64,000 nt of DNA from IMG/VR virus record IMGVR_UViG_3300012665_000528, positions 1-64,000 of that record. One strand, written 5' to 3'. This document shows positions 44,579-53,600 of the stretch, one piece after another. How positions within the stretch are numbered: the first letter of the stretch is position 1; each line of letters begins with the position of its first letter. The notes beneath the pieces are model-generated. The model was not told the origin of the DNA and did not search any database. It saw nothing but the letters and a program-made list of their open reading frames with translations. Both the position numbers and the translations under genes were made by a program. Source of the stretch: a virus (taxonomy: Duplodnaviria > Caudoviricetes).

Positions 44579-45561
44579 TTGTTAGGTGCAAAGTCTAAAA
44601 TATTCTTACCTACTTGAGCTTCTGCAGTGTACTTAATAGTTCCAAAATTAATATCCAAATTTGATTGTACAGGTCGTGAACTCCATCCATTATAAATAGC
44701 ATCAAGATTGGCTGCTGAATAGTTGGCTGCGGTTTTGCCCGCCATAAAGTTGGTTAAAATCAATGCGTTTGACACATTCCAACTTCCAATATTTTGGTTG
44801 AATGCGGATGCCCCGCTAAACATTGACTGAAAAGTTGTTACATTAGATACATTCCAATTGCCTATGGGCTGATTAAATGCAAACGCATTAATAAACATAT
44901 CACGCATATTAGTGACAGCTGATGTATTCCAAGAGTTAATAGGTTGATTAAATATATTTGCACTTGCAAACATACTTTCCATATTAACAGCACTTGAAGT
45001 TTTAATTTGCCAATTGTTTATATTTGGTGACCCCCCATTGTTAAATATATAATTATTAGAAAACATATAATAAAAACTATTTACATTAAATACGTCCCAA
45101 TTTCCTACAGCACTATTAAAATTACTACAAAGTCTAAAATAATTCGCTAAACTCGTACTTGTAATAGTAGGAGCATCTGTTGCACTTGCAGTTAGATTTG
45201 TACATCCATAAAATCCAGCGTCAACACTAATATTTAAACTACTCCAGTTAATAATATTAAGGATTTTTAATTTATCTCCTCCATTATTAAACTGCCATCC
45301 TAAAATAAAACCCGTTACACTAATAGTGTAAGTACCTGCACTTGCATAAGTGTGAATTGCTAAGGTATGGTTTGTAATTGTTTCTACAGTTCCGTCCCCC
45401 CAATCTACTCGCATATTTAATCCTGTAGAAGTAGTAAGGGGCATTCTAAACTGCGTGCTAGTACTACTACCTGCTGAGGTATTATTTGTATTTACTGTAA
45501 ATCTAAAAGGAAGTTGATCTACTATACCACCTCCTACTAGTCCAATACCAACACCAATCAT
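44551..45561 (-). CDS. BspA/DUF285-repeat protein with PKD-like N-terminal domain
   Basis: VDWGDGT; repeats FNQPINSWNTSAVTNMRDMF, FNQPIGNWNVSNVTTFQSMF. Confidence 0.85.
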   Translation of the reverse strand: MIGVGIGLVGGGIVDQLPFRFTVNTNNTSAGSSTSTQFRMPLTTSTGLNMRVDWGDGTVETITNHTLAIHTYASAGTYTISVTGFILGWQFNNGGDKLKILNIINWSSLNISVDAGFYGCTNLTASATDAPTITSTSLANYFRLCSNFNSAVGNWDVFNVNSFYYMFSNNYIFNNGGSPNINNWQIKTSSAVNMESMFASANIFNQPINSWNTSAVTNMRDMFINAFAFNQPIGNWNVSNVTTFQSMFSGASAFNQNIGSWNVSNALILTNFMAGKTAANYSAANLDAIYNGWSSRPVQSNLDINFGTIKYTAEAQVGKNILDFAPNNWTITDGGI

Positions 45562-45863
45562 TACTTATAAGCAATTACACTACCTGAAGAGATAGCAAAA
45601 CCAGTAATCACTCCTCCAGGAAGAAATGCTCCTTGCTTGAAGGTGATAGTACTCATACCATTGTTAGACAACTCAGAAGCACCATTGACAAGAAATTCTG
45701 TGAATACAGTATCTTCTTGTACTACTAGTGCATTGTAGCGTACGTTTGATACAGTACCTGTGCCGTGGCGTTTAAAGCCTCCAGAGCCTACAGAAAGTCC
45801 AGTGTGTGCTGAAATCGCTCTCAAGCGTTTTCCTTGTTCGTTTACTTGTTGATAATTATCCAT
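45561..45863 (-). CDS. Small structural-type protein
   Basis: First gene after the TAAATTTG promoter. Confidence 0.7.
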   Translation of the reverse strand: MDNYQQVNEQGKRLRAISAHTGLSVGSGGFKRHGTGTVSNVRYNALVVQEDTVFTEFLVNGASELSNNGMSTITFKQGAFLPGGVITGFAISSGSVIAYK

Positions 45864-45901
45864 TTTCTTTCGTTATTAAAACCGACTTGCGTCCGACATT
45901 A

Positions 45902-45909
45902 CAAATTTA
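45902..45909 (-). promoter_or_regulatory. Bacteroidota-type -7 element TAAATTTG for the lysis/TCS operon
   Basis: CAAATTTA on plus strand. Confidence 0.55.
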
Positions 45910-45935
45910 AGTTTATTTCTAAATAAGTCAAGTAG

Positions 45936-48900
45936 TTAATCAGGGTCACTAAAAGAACTATCTTCTATAGGTTCTAGTTCTCTTAGTTGGCTTTTAAGAG
46001 TTCTTATCAAGTCTCTAGTGTATTTCTTTTCAGTACGTATAGACTCCTCATAGCTTTCACTCTTCTCAGGTTCTGGAATACGAATACCAGGCATAGCTAC
46101 CTTTAGTAACTTATCTAGTACTTTGCGTGACTCTTGTCCTTCTTTTGCTGCTATCTTCTTTTCTTCTTCGTAATCACGGATAGCATTGTTACTACCTTGC
46201 ATTTCTACTTTAGCTAGCCTTCTTTCTGCCCACTCTAAAAGATTAGTTCTAAACTCTTGTATGTTCTCAGACTGTAAAGCAGTCAAGTCACCTGATTCGT
46301 AGCGTTCAATGTTTCCTAAGTTCCTAGATAATAAACTCTTTTGTAACTCTTGAATTTTAATATCATTCTGAGTGTACTCTCCTAAAGGATCACTTAGGGC
46401 TAACTTTGGATTCAACTTAAGTGTTTGTTGTAAAACTCTTTTAGAGTCAAGCACGGGCTTTAATCCTAACTCTGCTCCGCTAAGTTTAAGTACAGCGGCT
46501 TTCCATCTAGCCAATCCTCTAGTAGGTACTGGAGTATTTGCTATACTTCTACCGCCTATACCACCTCTACGCTGCTCATAGTAGTTCCCAAAAGGATCAG
46601 TCCATAAGTCTGCATCAAACAATACGTTTATTAGTTGGTCAAAGCTTCTTACCTGCTGTCCTACAAGCATATAGGCAATGCCTGTAGCCATATTTTGTAC
46701 TCGTTTGTCTTCATCTCCAGGTTCTGCCATAGGTTGTCTAAACCCAATCTTATAAATCATATTTGCAGTAGCTAGTATCGGATGTAAACTTATGTATTCA
46801 TCATAGGTTCCCAATGCAATAAGTGCTAAGTAAGATAATGTATTGTCATCATCATCACCTCCCATACTACTAAGAACTAAACCTATAAGAGATTGTGCAA
46901 GTACGTGTAACCCTAATACATTTACAGTATCTCTAGCTATTCTTTGATATTTTTCTCTGTCTAGTGGCGTGCTTTTTAAATCTAATCTTTCTCTATGGGC
47001 TAGGTATCGTAGCTTCCTAAGAATTGCCCTACCTCCTGCACGATAAAATCCTTCCTCTACGTTCCCAGTATAAAGACTTAGTCTTTGTCTACCATAGTTA
47101 GTCTGTAGTGAAGGCATCAACCAACGCTTCATACTAAGTAAGAAAGAAGTTAGTACGTTACCCTCATAGTAAGAACGAGTTCTTGTGAAGTAGTTACCCT
47201 GTGTGCTAGTGTAGAGTTCGTGTATCTGGTCTCTTAAGTACTGTTCTACTTGACGTAGCTTCTCTCTCTTTACTTGGTTAGACTCTTCTAGTGACTTAAT
47301 CTTATTGTCGTGCTTTTTAAGTAAGTCATTTAGAGCAATCTTTTTAGGAGTAGACAAGCCCTCATAGTTTGGAACTTGTGCGGTTGCTAGGTAATTGTTT
47401 ATGATTTGTGCACGTTCTACCATCAAACTCCTCATGGCATTCTGCTCTAAACCAAACACACCCTCTTTAGGTACTAGGATGCCGTCTATTACATCGTAAG
47501 CATCTTCTAATTTAATCTGTACTTCCTGTCCGTTAACCATCATAGGTACGGTCATACGTGCCATCAATGCCTCATAGATAGGAATTGTAGAAGACATCTC
47601 TGTATAACCAAACACTTGAGAGTTAAAGTTCTCTAAACTTGCGTACTTATAGATATTACGTTGGTTTACATTGTTTGCTCTTGATGTTGGGTTTGCACTA
47701 GGTAAAGCCCTAAAGTACATTAACTTTAATGCATAATCATTATACTGACGAGACCCATTCTCCAACTGCATTAAAGTAGTATGATTCTTAAGTCCCTTGA
47801 ACCAAGCTTTTAACAACTCTGCTCTAGTTAGTCCATATCTATTTTTAGACATCATAATCTTTAAGAAGTTGTTGAATACGTTCTTAAAGACACGTGTAAT
47901 GTTAAACAGCAAGGCTCTGGTTTGAGTAAACTTAAACAGTCTTCTAAAAGTACGAGACATTATCTTTAAGTACTTGTTACTTGGGTTTCTAACCTGACCT
48001 CCAAAGAAGAATCTACTTATCTCGTTGTCAATAACATCTAAATCATATTGAGGTACTTTAGACTTTACTGGACCCTCACCTTCTAGGGCTTCTCTAGCTG
48101 CAAACATTGCAGGCATAGCTTTTTGTAGTCCCTGAAACTCTGCTGCATACACTCCATAGTTAGCTAACGTCTGAGTTAATAGGTGAGATACTTGGTAAAC
48201 ATTTAAAGGTTGTTTGTACCTAGTCTTAATTAACTGTGCCTTACGACCCTTACCTCTGCTCTCTGCATTTTTATTGGCTTGAATAAGACTAGATTCTACT
48301 TCGTCTATGTCTTCTCCAGGAAGTCCCTCTCTCCATATAAGTTTTATACTATCAGCAAAAGTATGAACTCTTGTTTTAAAGTTCTGCTCACGTACTCTTT
48401 CTTGTCCACTCTTAACTTGGTTGGGTACTACATAACCTCTAAGTCGTTGACTTGAAGGAAGTTTCCTTTGGATGTCTTCGTACAAACCTACTAAATCATC
48501 TACCAAACCTTTGTCTTGAGAATCTAACTTCTCATACTCTAGGTTAGTATACTTGCCGTCAGTGGTTTCTTTGGGTCTTAAATCACCTAGGAAATTATAA
48601 TCTTTGTTCTTGTACTCGTCTCTTACCCTAGGAATAGTCCATTCAAAGCTAGGGTTCTCTTGTCTGATATATTTAGCAGCATCTGTTGGAACAGTCTTAG
48701 TCCAAATGTAAATAGGACGCTCAGTAACTTCCGTAAGTACCTCTCCCGAATCTTTGTCTACTTTATTCCGACTTATGATTATGTGGTTCGCTTGGTACCA
48801 ATCAGTTTGCTTTGTTCTCTTGCTAACTTCCTGAGAATATAAAATACTATAGTAAGCATCTATTAGATTTTTTCTATAGATAGCAGACTTCAGGTCACTT

Positions 48901-51900
48901 AAACTTTGAGCTGTAGGTAACTCATCTAAGGCACTAGGGTCTGAGAAAATATCTACATCTAAATGGTCTCCCTCTGTCTCAATATAGTGGTCAGCCATCT
49001 TCTCAGCTTTATCCTGCATCTCTTGCAGTAATACTGTTTCTGTTGCTAACCCTCCACGTACACTACGTTTAATACTTTCTAAAGCTTCGTAGTAGTAAGT
49101 TGTTTTTTCTTTTGTTTGAAGTGCAAATAACTTTTTAAAGTATCCTCTTAAAAGTAACTTGTCTGCATCACTCATATTACGATTGTCTTCAGCAGCATCC
49201 TTCAACATCTCTATCTCTGCCTCAATGGCCTTAATAGTTTGACTTAAACCTAGTTGTACTGAAGAACCTACTATAACTCCGTCTTGGTCTCTAAAACCTT
49301 TAACAGCATTAAAAAGTCTAGTGTATGCATCTGTAATCTCTGGACTCTCTCCATACTTAACAAACACAGCTTTAATCTGATCAGCAATGGTTTGCTGTGC
49401 TGCAAAGAACTTAGGGTCTATCTCAACCTTAGTGTTACGTGAAATCCACGTAGCTAAATCATTCTGAGCTTGAACTAAATTTGCTTTTTCTTCAAAGAGT
49501 TTTTCTTGAAGAGCAATAGTACTTTGACCTAAAGCTTCAGCATCTGCTAAGTTTATCTCAAGAATATTGATACGAGTCTTTGCTTTACTTACTACTTCTT
49601 TACGACTCGTCTTTTCTATGTCGAACCGTTTTAATACAGCTTCAGGAATAGTAAACTCAACAACGTCTAGGTCTTTTCTTTTCTGCTTGTAGGCAATGAT
49701 AGATTCAGCTATGTTTCTTTCTTTGGTACCTACTGGTTTCTCACTTCCGTCTTCATTGAATATGGAACCTAACCTTTCGTATTGTCTTCTAAGGTCTCCA
49801 CGTATCTTACGGTCTTCTTCTGTACTGTCAACGTCTCCGAATATATCTATGTTCTGTTGGATGTCGTCTAGTAACTCTGTTCTAGCTTGACGTGCTTCCT
49901 CAGACAAAAGTGCTTCTGCTTCATAGTATTCCTCTGTGTATCTACCTACTGCATATCTTTCTTGGAAATCTCCCAATGCTTTTTCTGCTGCAAGTATATC
50001 AGCCTCTATTCCTGACTTCTCCGCTAACTCTAAGTTCTGCTGTAGATCAAGTAGGTCAGAATAAAACTCTGCTTCTTTAAACTTAGTGTTATAGGCTAAC
50101 TGTTTTATTTTAGTTCTTCTTCCCTGCTCATCGTAGTAAATCATATCTACCTCACGAGTCAACCCTTGATAATGGTTACTAACAATCTGACTTGGGTTTA
50201 AGATTCCTTTATTTCTATTCCTCTCTTCTACTCTGCGTTCTATTGCTTCAGCTCTTATAGTTGTAACTTGACTTGAGTTCTCTGCCTCTGTCAAATGGAC
50301 ATCTAGGAATTGTTTAAGTACTTGAACCATAGGGCTACCAGAACCTGTAGCTATACCCATATAAACAGAAAATATGTTACCCCCTTTGTATCTAGGGTCC
50401 ATACCATTCTGCAATAGATTTTTTATATTCTCCGTAGTAGGAACCCAACTTAACAACTGCTCTAAGTTCTCTACGTCAGAAGTAAAATCTTTAATTCTTT
50501 TAGGTTCATTCCTTGCTACTGCATCTGCTAGGGCTTCTCTCTTAGCAGTTAATTGTTGGTTTAGTTGACTGTCAGGTGCTTTTATCTTATCTGCCATAAG
50601 TCTAAAAGACTTTGACAACTCTACTGCAACAGGAGTCAACATAGCATCTTGTGCTACTTGTCTAAGTTGTTCTGCCTTACTACGTAGATTTAATAACTGC
50701 TCGGTTAATTGCTTAACTGTTGTATCGTAATTTTCAATCTGTCTTCTGCGTTCATTTTCAAAGTCACCTTTTTTATATGGATCTTCTTTGAACTGATCCA
50801 AAGTAATATTCATTGTTAACTCTGGCAACAAGTTAGTCTGAAAGTTTATTGCCTGTTCTTGGAGTAACTCTGCAAGATTTTTAGTATAGTTAAACTGCTT
50901 GATAGCTTCAGCAGCTGTAAACTGTGCTAGATTATTGTTTGTGGTATTTGTATTTCTTTGTACCCTATTCAATAATTCTGTTAAAGTATTAATGTAATCT
51001 ACCGATGATGTTATTATATCTGCTACACCTGCAGTAGATACGTTACCTAGTTTTTGTTTGATTCTTTCTATAGAACCAAAACGAGGATCTATTTCAGACA
51101 AAGCCTGGGACATTTGTGCCCAAGTAGAACTGTTTAAACTTTCTCGTACGAATGCTTGGAACTTACTTAAATCTACTGCAGCAGGTGTTGGAACTGCACT
51201 AGTGTAGGGAGCATTAAACCTTAACTGATGCTCTCCTGCTAAGTCAGGCATATCCTCTAAACTTTCTAAGTAATCAAAGTACTCGTTTAAGGTAGTGTCT
51301 AAATCATTTAAAGATACGTTTGTAAACTGACCCTTTAAAAATCTTTTTATAGTTGCAACAAGTCTTCCTAGTAAGCCAGTATTCTTAGCTTTCTGTTCTG
51401 CGTCTTGCAGGTCTTCTCTAAAATAAGGATTAGATAGATACTCACTTACAAACTCTTCAGTATTCTTAAACCCATAGTTATTCTGAAGTAAAGGAAAGTT
51501 ACTTCTGTATTGGGATAGATACCTATCCATCTCTTGAGAGAATTGTATCTCTGCAGGAGTTTGAGGGTTAGTCAAAGCGTGGATAGTGTATGCGTGTAAG
51601 GTCTCGTGAATAAGCTCCCTTACAAAACTTTTACTATTAAAGTCAGATGAAACTGTCTTACCTACGTATACCGTGTTGGTTTTAGGATCATAGAAAGACC
51701 TCTGATACTCGTCTGCTACAGTGGCATCATCAAATACTACCAACTTTAAAGTTGGATTAATTCTAAGTAAGCTACTAAGTCTGGTTAAGATTTCCTTCTG
51801 GAAGTTCTCTATCTCCCCGCTATTAACAACTCCGTCAATAAGTTCTTTTAACTGTGCATTAGAAAAATCCTGCACGCTGTTGACTATCAAAGAAGGAAAC

Positions 51901-52952
51901 TTTACTTTGTTTAAGTATACTTTACTTACAGGCTTTAATGGCTTTTGTGCTGGAGCAGTTGAAAGAGATTTGTTATCTGCTGAGTCAAGTACTTTTACTT
52001 GCTCTGGATTAAATACAATAAACTCAAGTGCCTTATTCAAGTTCAACAAATCTCTGTTGTCACGGCCTTTTACATTATTGTTTATGTTTTGATTCTTAAT
52101 GTACTCATCTATCGCTAGACTCTCATCTGTACTTACAGGTACATACCTATCGTACCTATACTCAGGGTGAGTTATTACACCATCGTATCCAGCATCTTTT
52201 AACTTTTGTATGTCTGCTTCTTTTCTTATCTCATTGTTTGCAGCGTAGTATGGATTCTTGATATTTAAAACTGCTCCATACTTAGTAGCACCATACTCAG
52301 AGAACATTTCAACATTCGGAGTAAAGAATAAACCTGTAGGTCGGCCTTCTGTAAATCTAGTTGCAGGTTCGTTTGTATTGTTGTAAACTACAATAGCATT
52401 TCCGTCTGCATCCGCAACAACAGAATCTTTTGTAAACTCGATGTTATCACTCTCTATAGTACGTTTGTCTAACCTCTGCTTAAACTCTAAGGCGTTCTGT
52501 GTAGTAGGGATAGCTGGTTTAACTGATAGATAATATTTACCATCACGAGCTACTACCTCACTTGTAATTAAATCATACTTAGGATTTAGATTAATCTCTT
52601 CGTGGATAAACTCAAAGGCATTGGGATTTGTATACCCTATGTTCAAGTATCCCAAGGAAGCTACCTCTTCTATTTGTTCTGCTGACCTAATCTCTTGGTC
52701 AGTCATATTCAATCTAAGATGTTTGTTAATCTCTTGTATGCTAGGCTCTCCTACAAAGTTTAACTTAGGACTATATCCTAGCTGTTGCTTTGTCCAGTCA
52801 AAACCAAACTCTGTTTTAAATGTATTTGTAGTCAGTGCTTCATAAATACTCTTACCTTGTGCAGGTGGGAAGAATGAAGTCAACTGATAGTATGCAGGGC
52901 TTGTAACTTGAAGACCTGACAGGGGGGATTTTATGGTAGCAAAACAAGACAT
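45936..52952 (-). CDS. Giant virion cargo (polyvalent) protein with ART-like and zincin metallopeptidase domains
   Basis: VVADADGNAIVVY..GLFFT..LNIKNP..GYDGVI..EFIVFNPEQVK; ELIHETLH..EEFVSE; hydrophobic helices near the C-terminus. Confidence 0.85.
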   Translation of the reverse strand: MSCFATIKSPLSGLQVTSPAYYQLTSFFPPAQGKSIYEALTTNTFKTEFGFDWTKQQLGYSPKLNFVGEPSIQEINKHLRLNMTDQEIRSAEQIEEVASLGYLNIGYTNPNAFEFIHEEINLNPKYDLITSEVVARDGKYYLSVKPAIPTTQNALEFKQRLDKRTIESDNIEFTKDSVVADADGNAIVVYNNTNEPATRFTEGRPTGLFFTPNVEMFSEYGATKYGAVLNIKNPYYAANNEIRKEADIQKLKDAGYDGVITHPEYRYDRYVPVSTDESLAIDEYIKNQNINNNVKGRDNRDLLNLNKALEFIVFNPEQVKVLDSADNKSLSTAPAQKPLKPVSKVYLNKVKFPSLIVNSVQDFSNAQLKELIDGVVNSGEIENFQKEILTRLSSLLRINPTLKLVVFDDATVADEYQRSFYDPKTNTVYVGKTVSSDFNSKSFVRELIHETLHAYTIHALTNPQTPAEIQFSQEMDRYLSQYRSNFPLLQNNYGFKNTEEFVSEYLSNPYFREDLQDAEQKAKNTGLLGRLVATIKRFLKGQFTNVSLNDLDTTLNEYFDYLESLEDMPDLAGEHQLRFNAPYTSAVPTPAAVDLSKFQAFVRESLNSSTWAQMSQALSEIDPRFGSIERIKQKLGNVSTAGVADIITSSVDYINTLTELLNRVQRNTNTTNNNLAQFTAAEAIKQFNYTKNLAELLQEQAINFQTNLLPELTMNITLDQFKEDPYKKGDFENERRRQIENYDTTVKQLTEQLLNLRSKAEQLRQVAQDAMLTPVAVELSKSFRLMADKIKAPDSQLNQQLTAKREALADAVARNEPKRIKDFTSDVENLEQLLSWVPTTENIKNLLQNGMDPRYKGGNIFSVYMGIATGSGSPMVQVLKQFLDVHLTEAENSSQVTTIRAEAIERRVEERNRNKGILNPSQIVSNHYQGLTREVDMIYYDEQGRRTKIKQLAYNTKFKEAEFYSDLLDLQQNLELAEKSGIEADILAAEKALGDFQERYAVGRYTEEYYEAEALLSEEARQARTELLDDIQQNIDIFGDVDSTEEDRKIRGDLRRQYERLGSIFNEDGSEKPVGTKERNIAESIIAYKQKRKDLDVVEFTIPEAVLKRFDIEKTSRKEVVSKAKTRINILEINLADAEALGQSTIALQEKLFEEKANLVQAQNDLATWISRNTKVEIDPKFFAAQQTIADQIKAVFVKYGESPEITDAYTRLFNAVKGFRDQDGVIVGSSVQLGLSQTIKAIEAEIEMLKDAAEDNRNMSDADKLLLRGYFKKLFALQTKEKTTYYYEALESIKRSVRGGLATETVLLQEMQDKAEKMADHYIETEGDHLDVDIFSDPSALDELPTAQSLSDLKSAIYRKNLIDAYYSILYSQEVSKRTKQTDWYQANHIIISRNKVDKDSGEVLTEVTERPIYIWTKTVPTDAAKYIRQENPSFEWTIPRVRDEYKNKDYNFLGDLRPKETTDGKYTNLEYEKLDSQDKGLVDDLVGLYEDIQRKLPSSQRLRGYVVPNQVKSGQERVREQNFKTRVHTFADSIKLIWREGLPGEDIDEVESSLIQANKNAESRGKGRKAQLIKTRYKQPLNVYQVSHLLTQTLANYGVYAAEFQGLQKAMPAMFAAREALEGEGPVKSKVPQYDLDVIDNEISRFFFGGQVRNPSNKYLKIMSRTFRRLFKFTQTRALLFNITRVFKNVFNNFLKIMMSKNRYGLTRAELLKAWFKGLKNHTTLMQLENGSRQYNDYALKLMYFRALPSANPTSRANNVNQRNIYKYASLENFNSQVFGYTEMSSTIPIYEALMARMTVPMMVNGQEVQIKLEDAYDVIDGILVPKEGVFGLEQNAMRSLMVERAQIINNYLATAQVPNYEGLSTPKKIALNDLLKKHDNKIKSLEESNQVKREKLRQVEQYLRDQIHELYTSTQGNYFTRTRSYYEGNVLTSFLLSMKRWLMPSLQTNYGRQRLSLYTGNVEEGFYRAGGRAILRKLRYLAHRERLDLKSTPLDREKYQRIARDTVNVLGLHVLAQSLIGLVLSSMGGDDDDNTLSYLALIALGTYDEYISLHPILATANMIYKIGFRQPMAEPGDEDKRVQNMATGIAYMLVGQQVRSFDQLINVLFDADLWTDPFGNYYEQRRGGIGGRSIANTPVPTRGLARWKAAVLKLSGAELGLKPVLDSKRVLQQTLKLNPKLALSDPLGEYTQNDIKIQELQKSLLSRNLGNIERYESGDLTALQSENIQEFRTNLLEWAERRLAKVEMQGSNNAIRDYEEEKKIAAKEGQESRKVLDKLLKVAMPGIRIPEPEKSESYEESIRTEKKYTRDLIRTLKSQLRELEPIEDSSFSDPD

Positions 52953-52958
52953 TATTTA

Positions 52959-52966
52959 CAAATTTA
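52959..52966 (-). promoter_or_regulatory. Bacteroidota-type -7 element TAAATTTG
   Basis: 6 nt upstream of ATG 52952. Confidence 0.6.
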
Positions 52967-52984
52967 ATCTATTTAAGAACTAAA

Positions 52985-53596
52985 TCAAGGTGCTTCACAA
53001 CTCGTCTCCTCAAACCCTATACTACTAAGGTCTGGAGCATCGGCAGCACTGGTCTTATCTAAAGACAAAGTAAGCTGTAAGGGTTGTTGTTTCAGAGGAG
53101 CTTGGTATACTGGAGTATCAACTATTTCATAGGAAGTTTCTGTTACCTCAAACAAACTCTCTTCTAAATCGTTAAGCTCTTGTAAGGCAAGTGCTGAGTC
53201 TTCATTATAAAAACCCTCTGGTCTGTAGTTTACAGGTATCTCAAAAGCTTCTTGTAGGGATAACTCTTCGTACTTTACTTGATAAGAAGTAAACAACTGA
53301 GGCGTAATATAGATTTGAATTGCTGCTCCATCCTTATAACTTACTCCCCCAAAGACAGAGCCGAACTTAGCTCTAGGTATATTTAACTGGTTAGCTATTG
53401 TTGCAGCAGCCCTATTAACTATACTTCTTACTTTACTTACTGTATCTCTTGTTGACTCCTTAGTATTTAAAGGTAAGAATATTTCCCCTGTCCGTAGTAA
53501 TCTAAAGTCCTTATTCTCTACTTGTGCAATCGTAACTGCTTCGGGAGTTATCTGACTTTTGATTGTTTGAAATGATACTTTACATGCTTGTGCCAT
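52985..53596 (-). CDS. Small protein between the giant cargo genes
   Basis: 203 aa; Cys only at positions 5 and 200. Confidence 0.8.
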   Translation of the reverse strand: MAQACKVSFQTIKSQITPEAVTIAQVENKDFRLLRTGEIFLPLNTKESTRDTVSKVRSIVNRAAATIANQLNIPRAKFGSVFGGVSYKDGAAIQIYITPQLFTSYQVKYEELSLQEAFEIPVNYRPEGFYNEDSALALQELNDLEESLFEVTETSYEIVDTPVYQAPLKQQPLQLTLSLDKTSAADAPDLSSIGFEETSCEAP

Positions 53597-53600
53597 AGTC

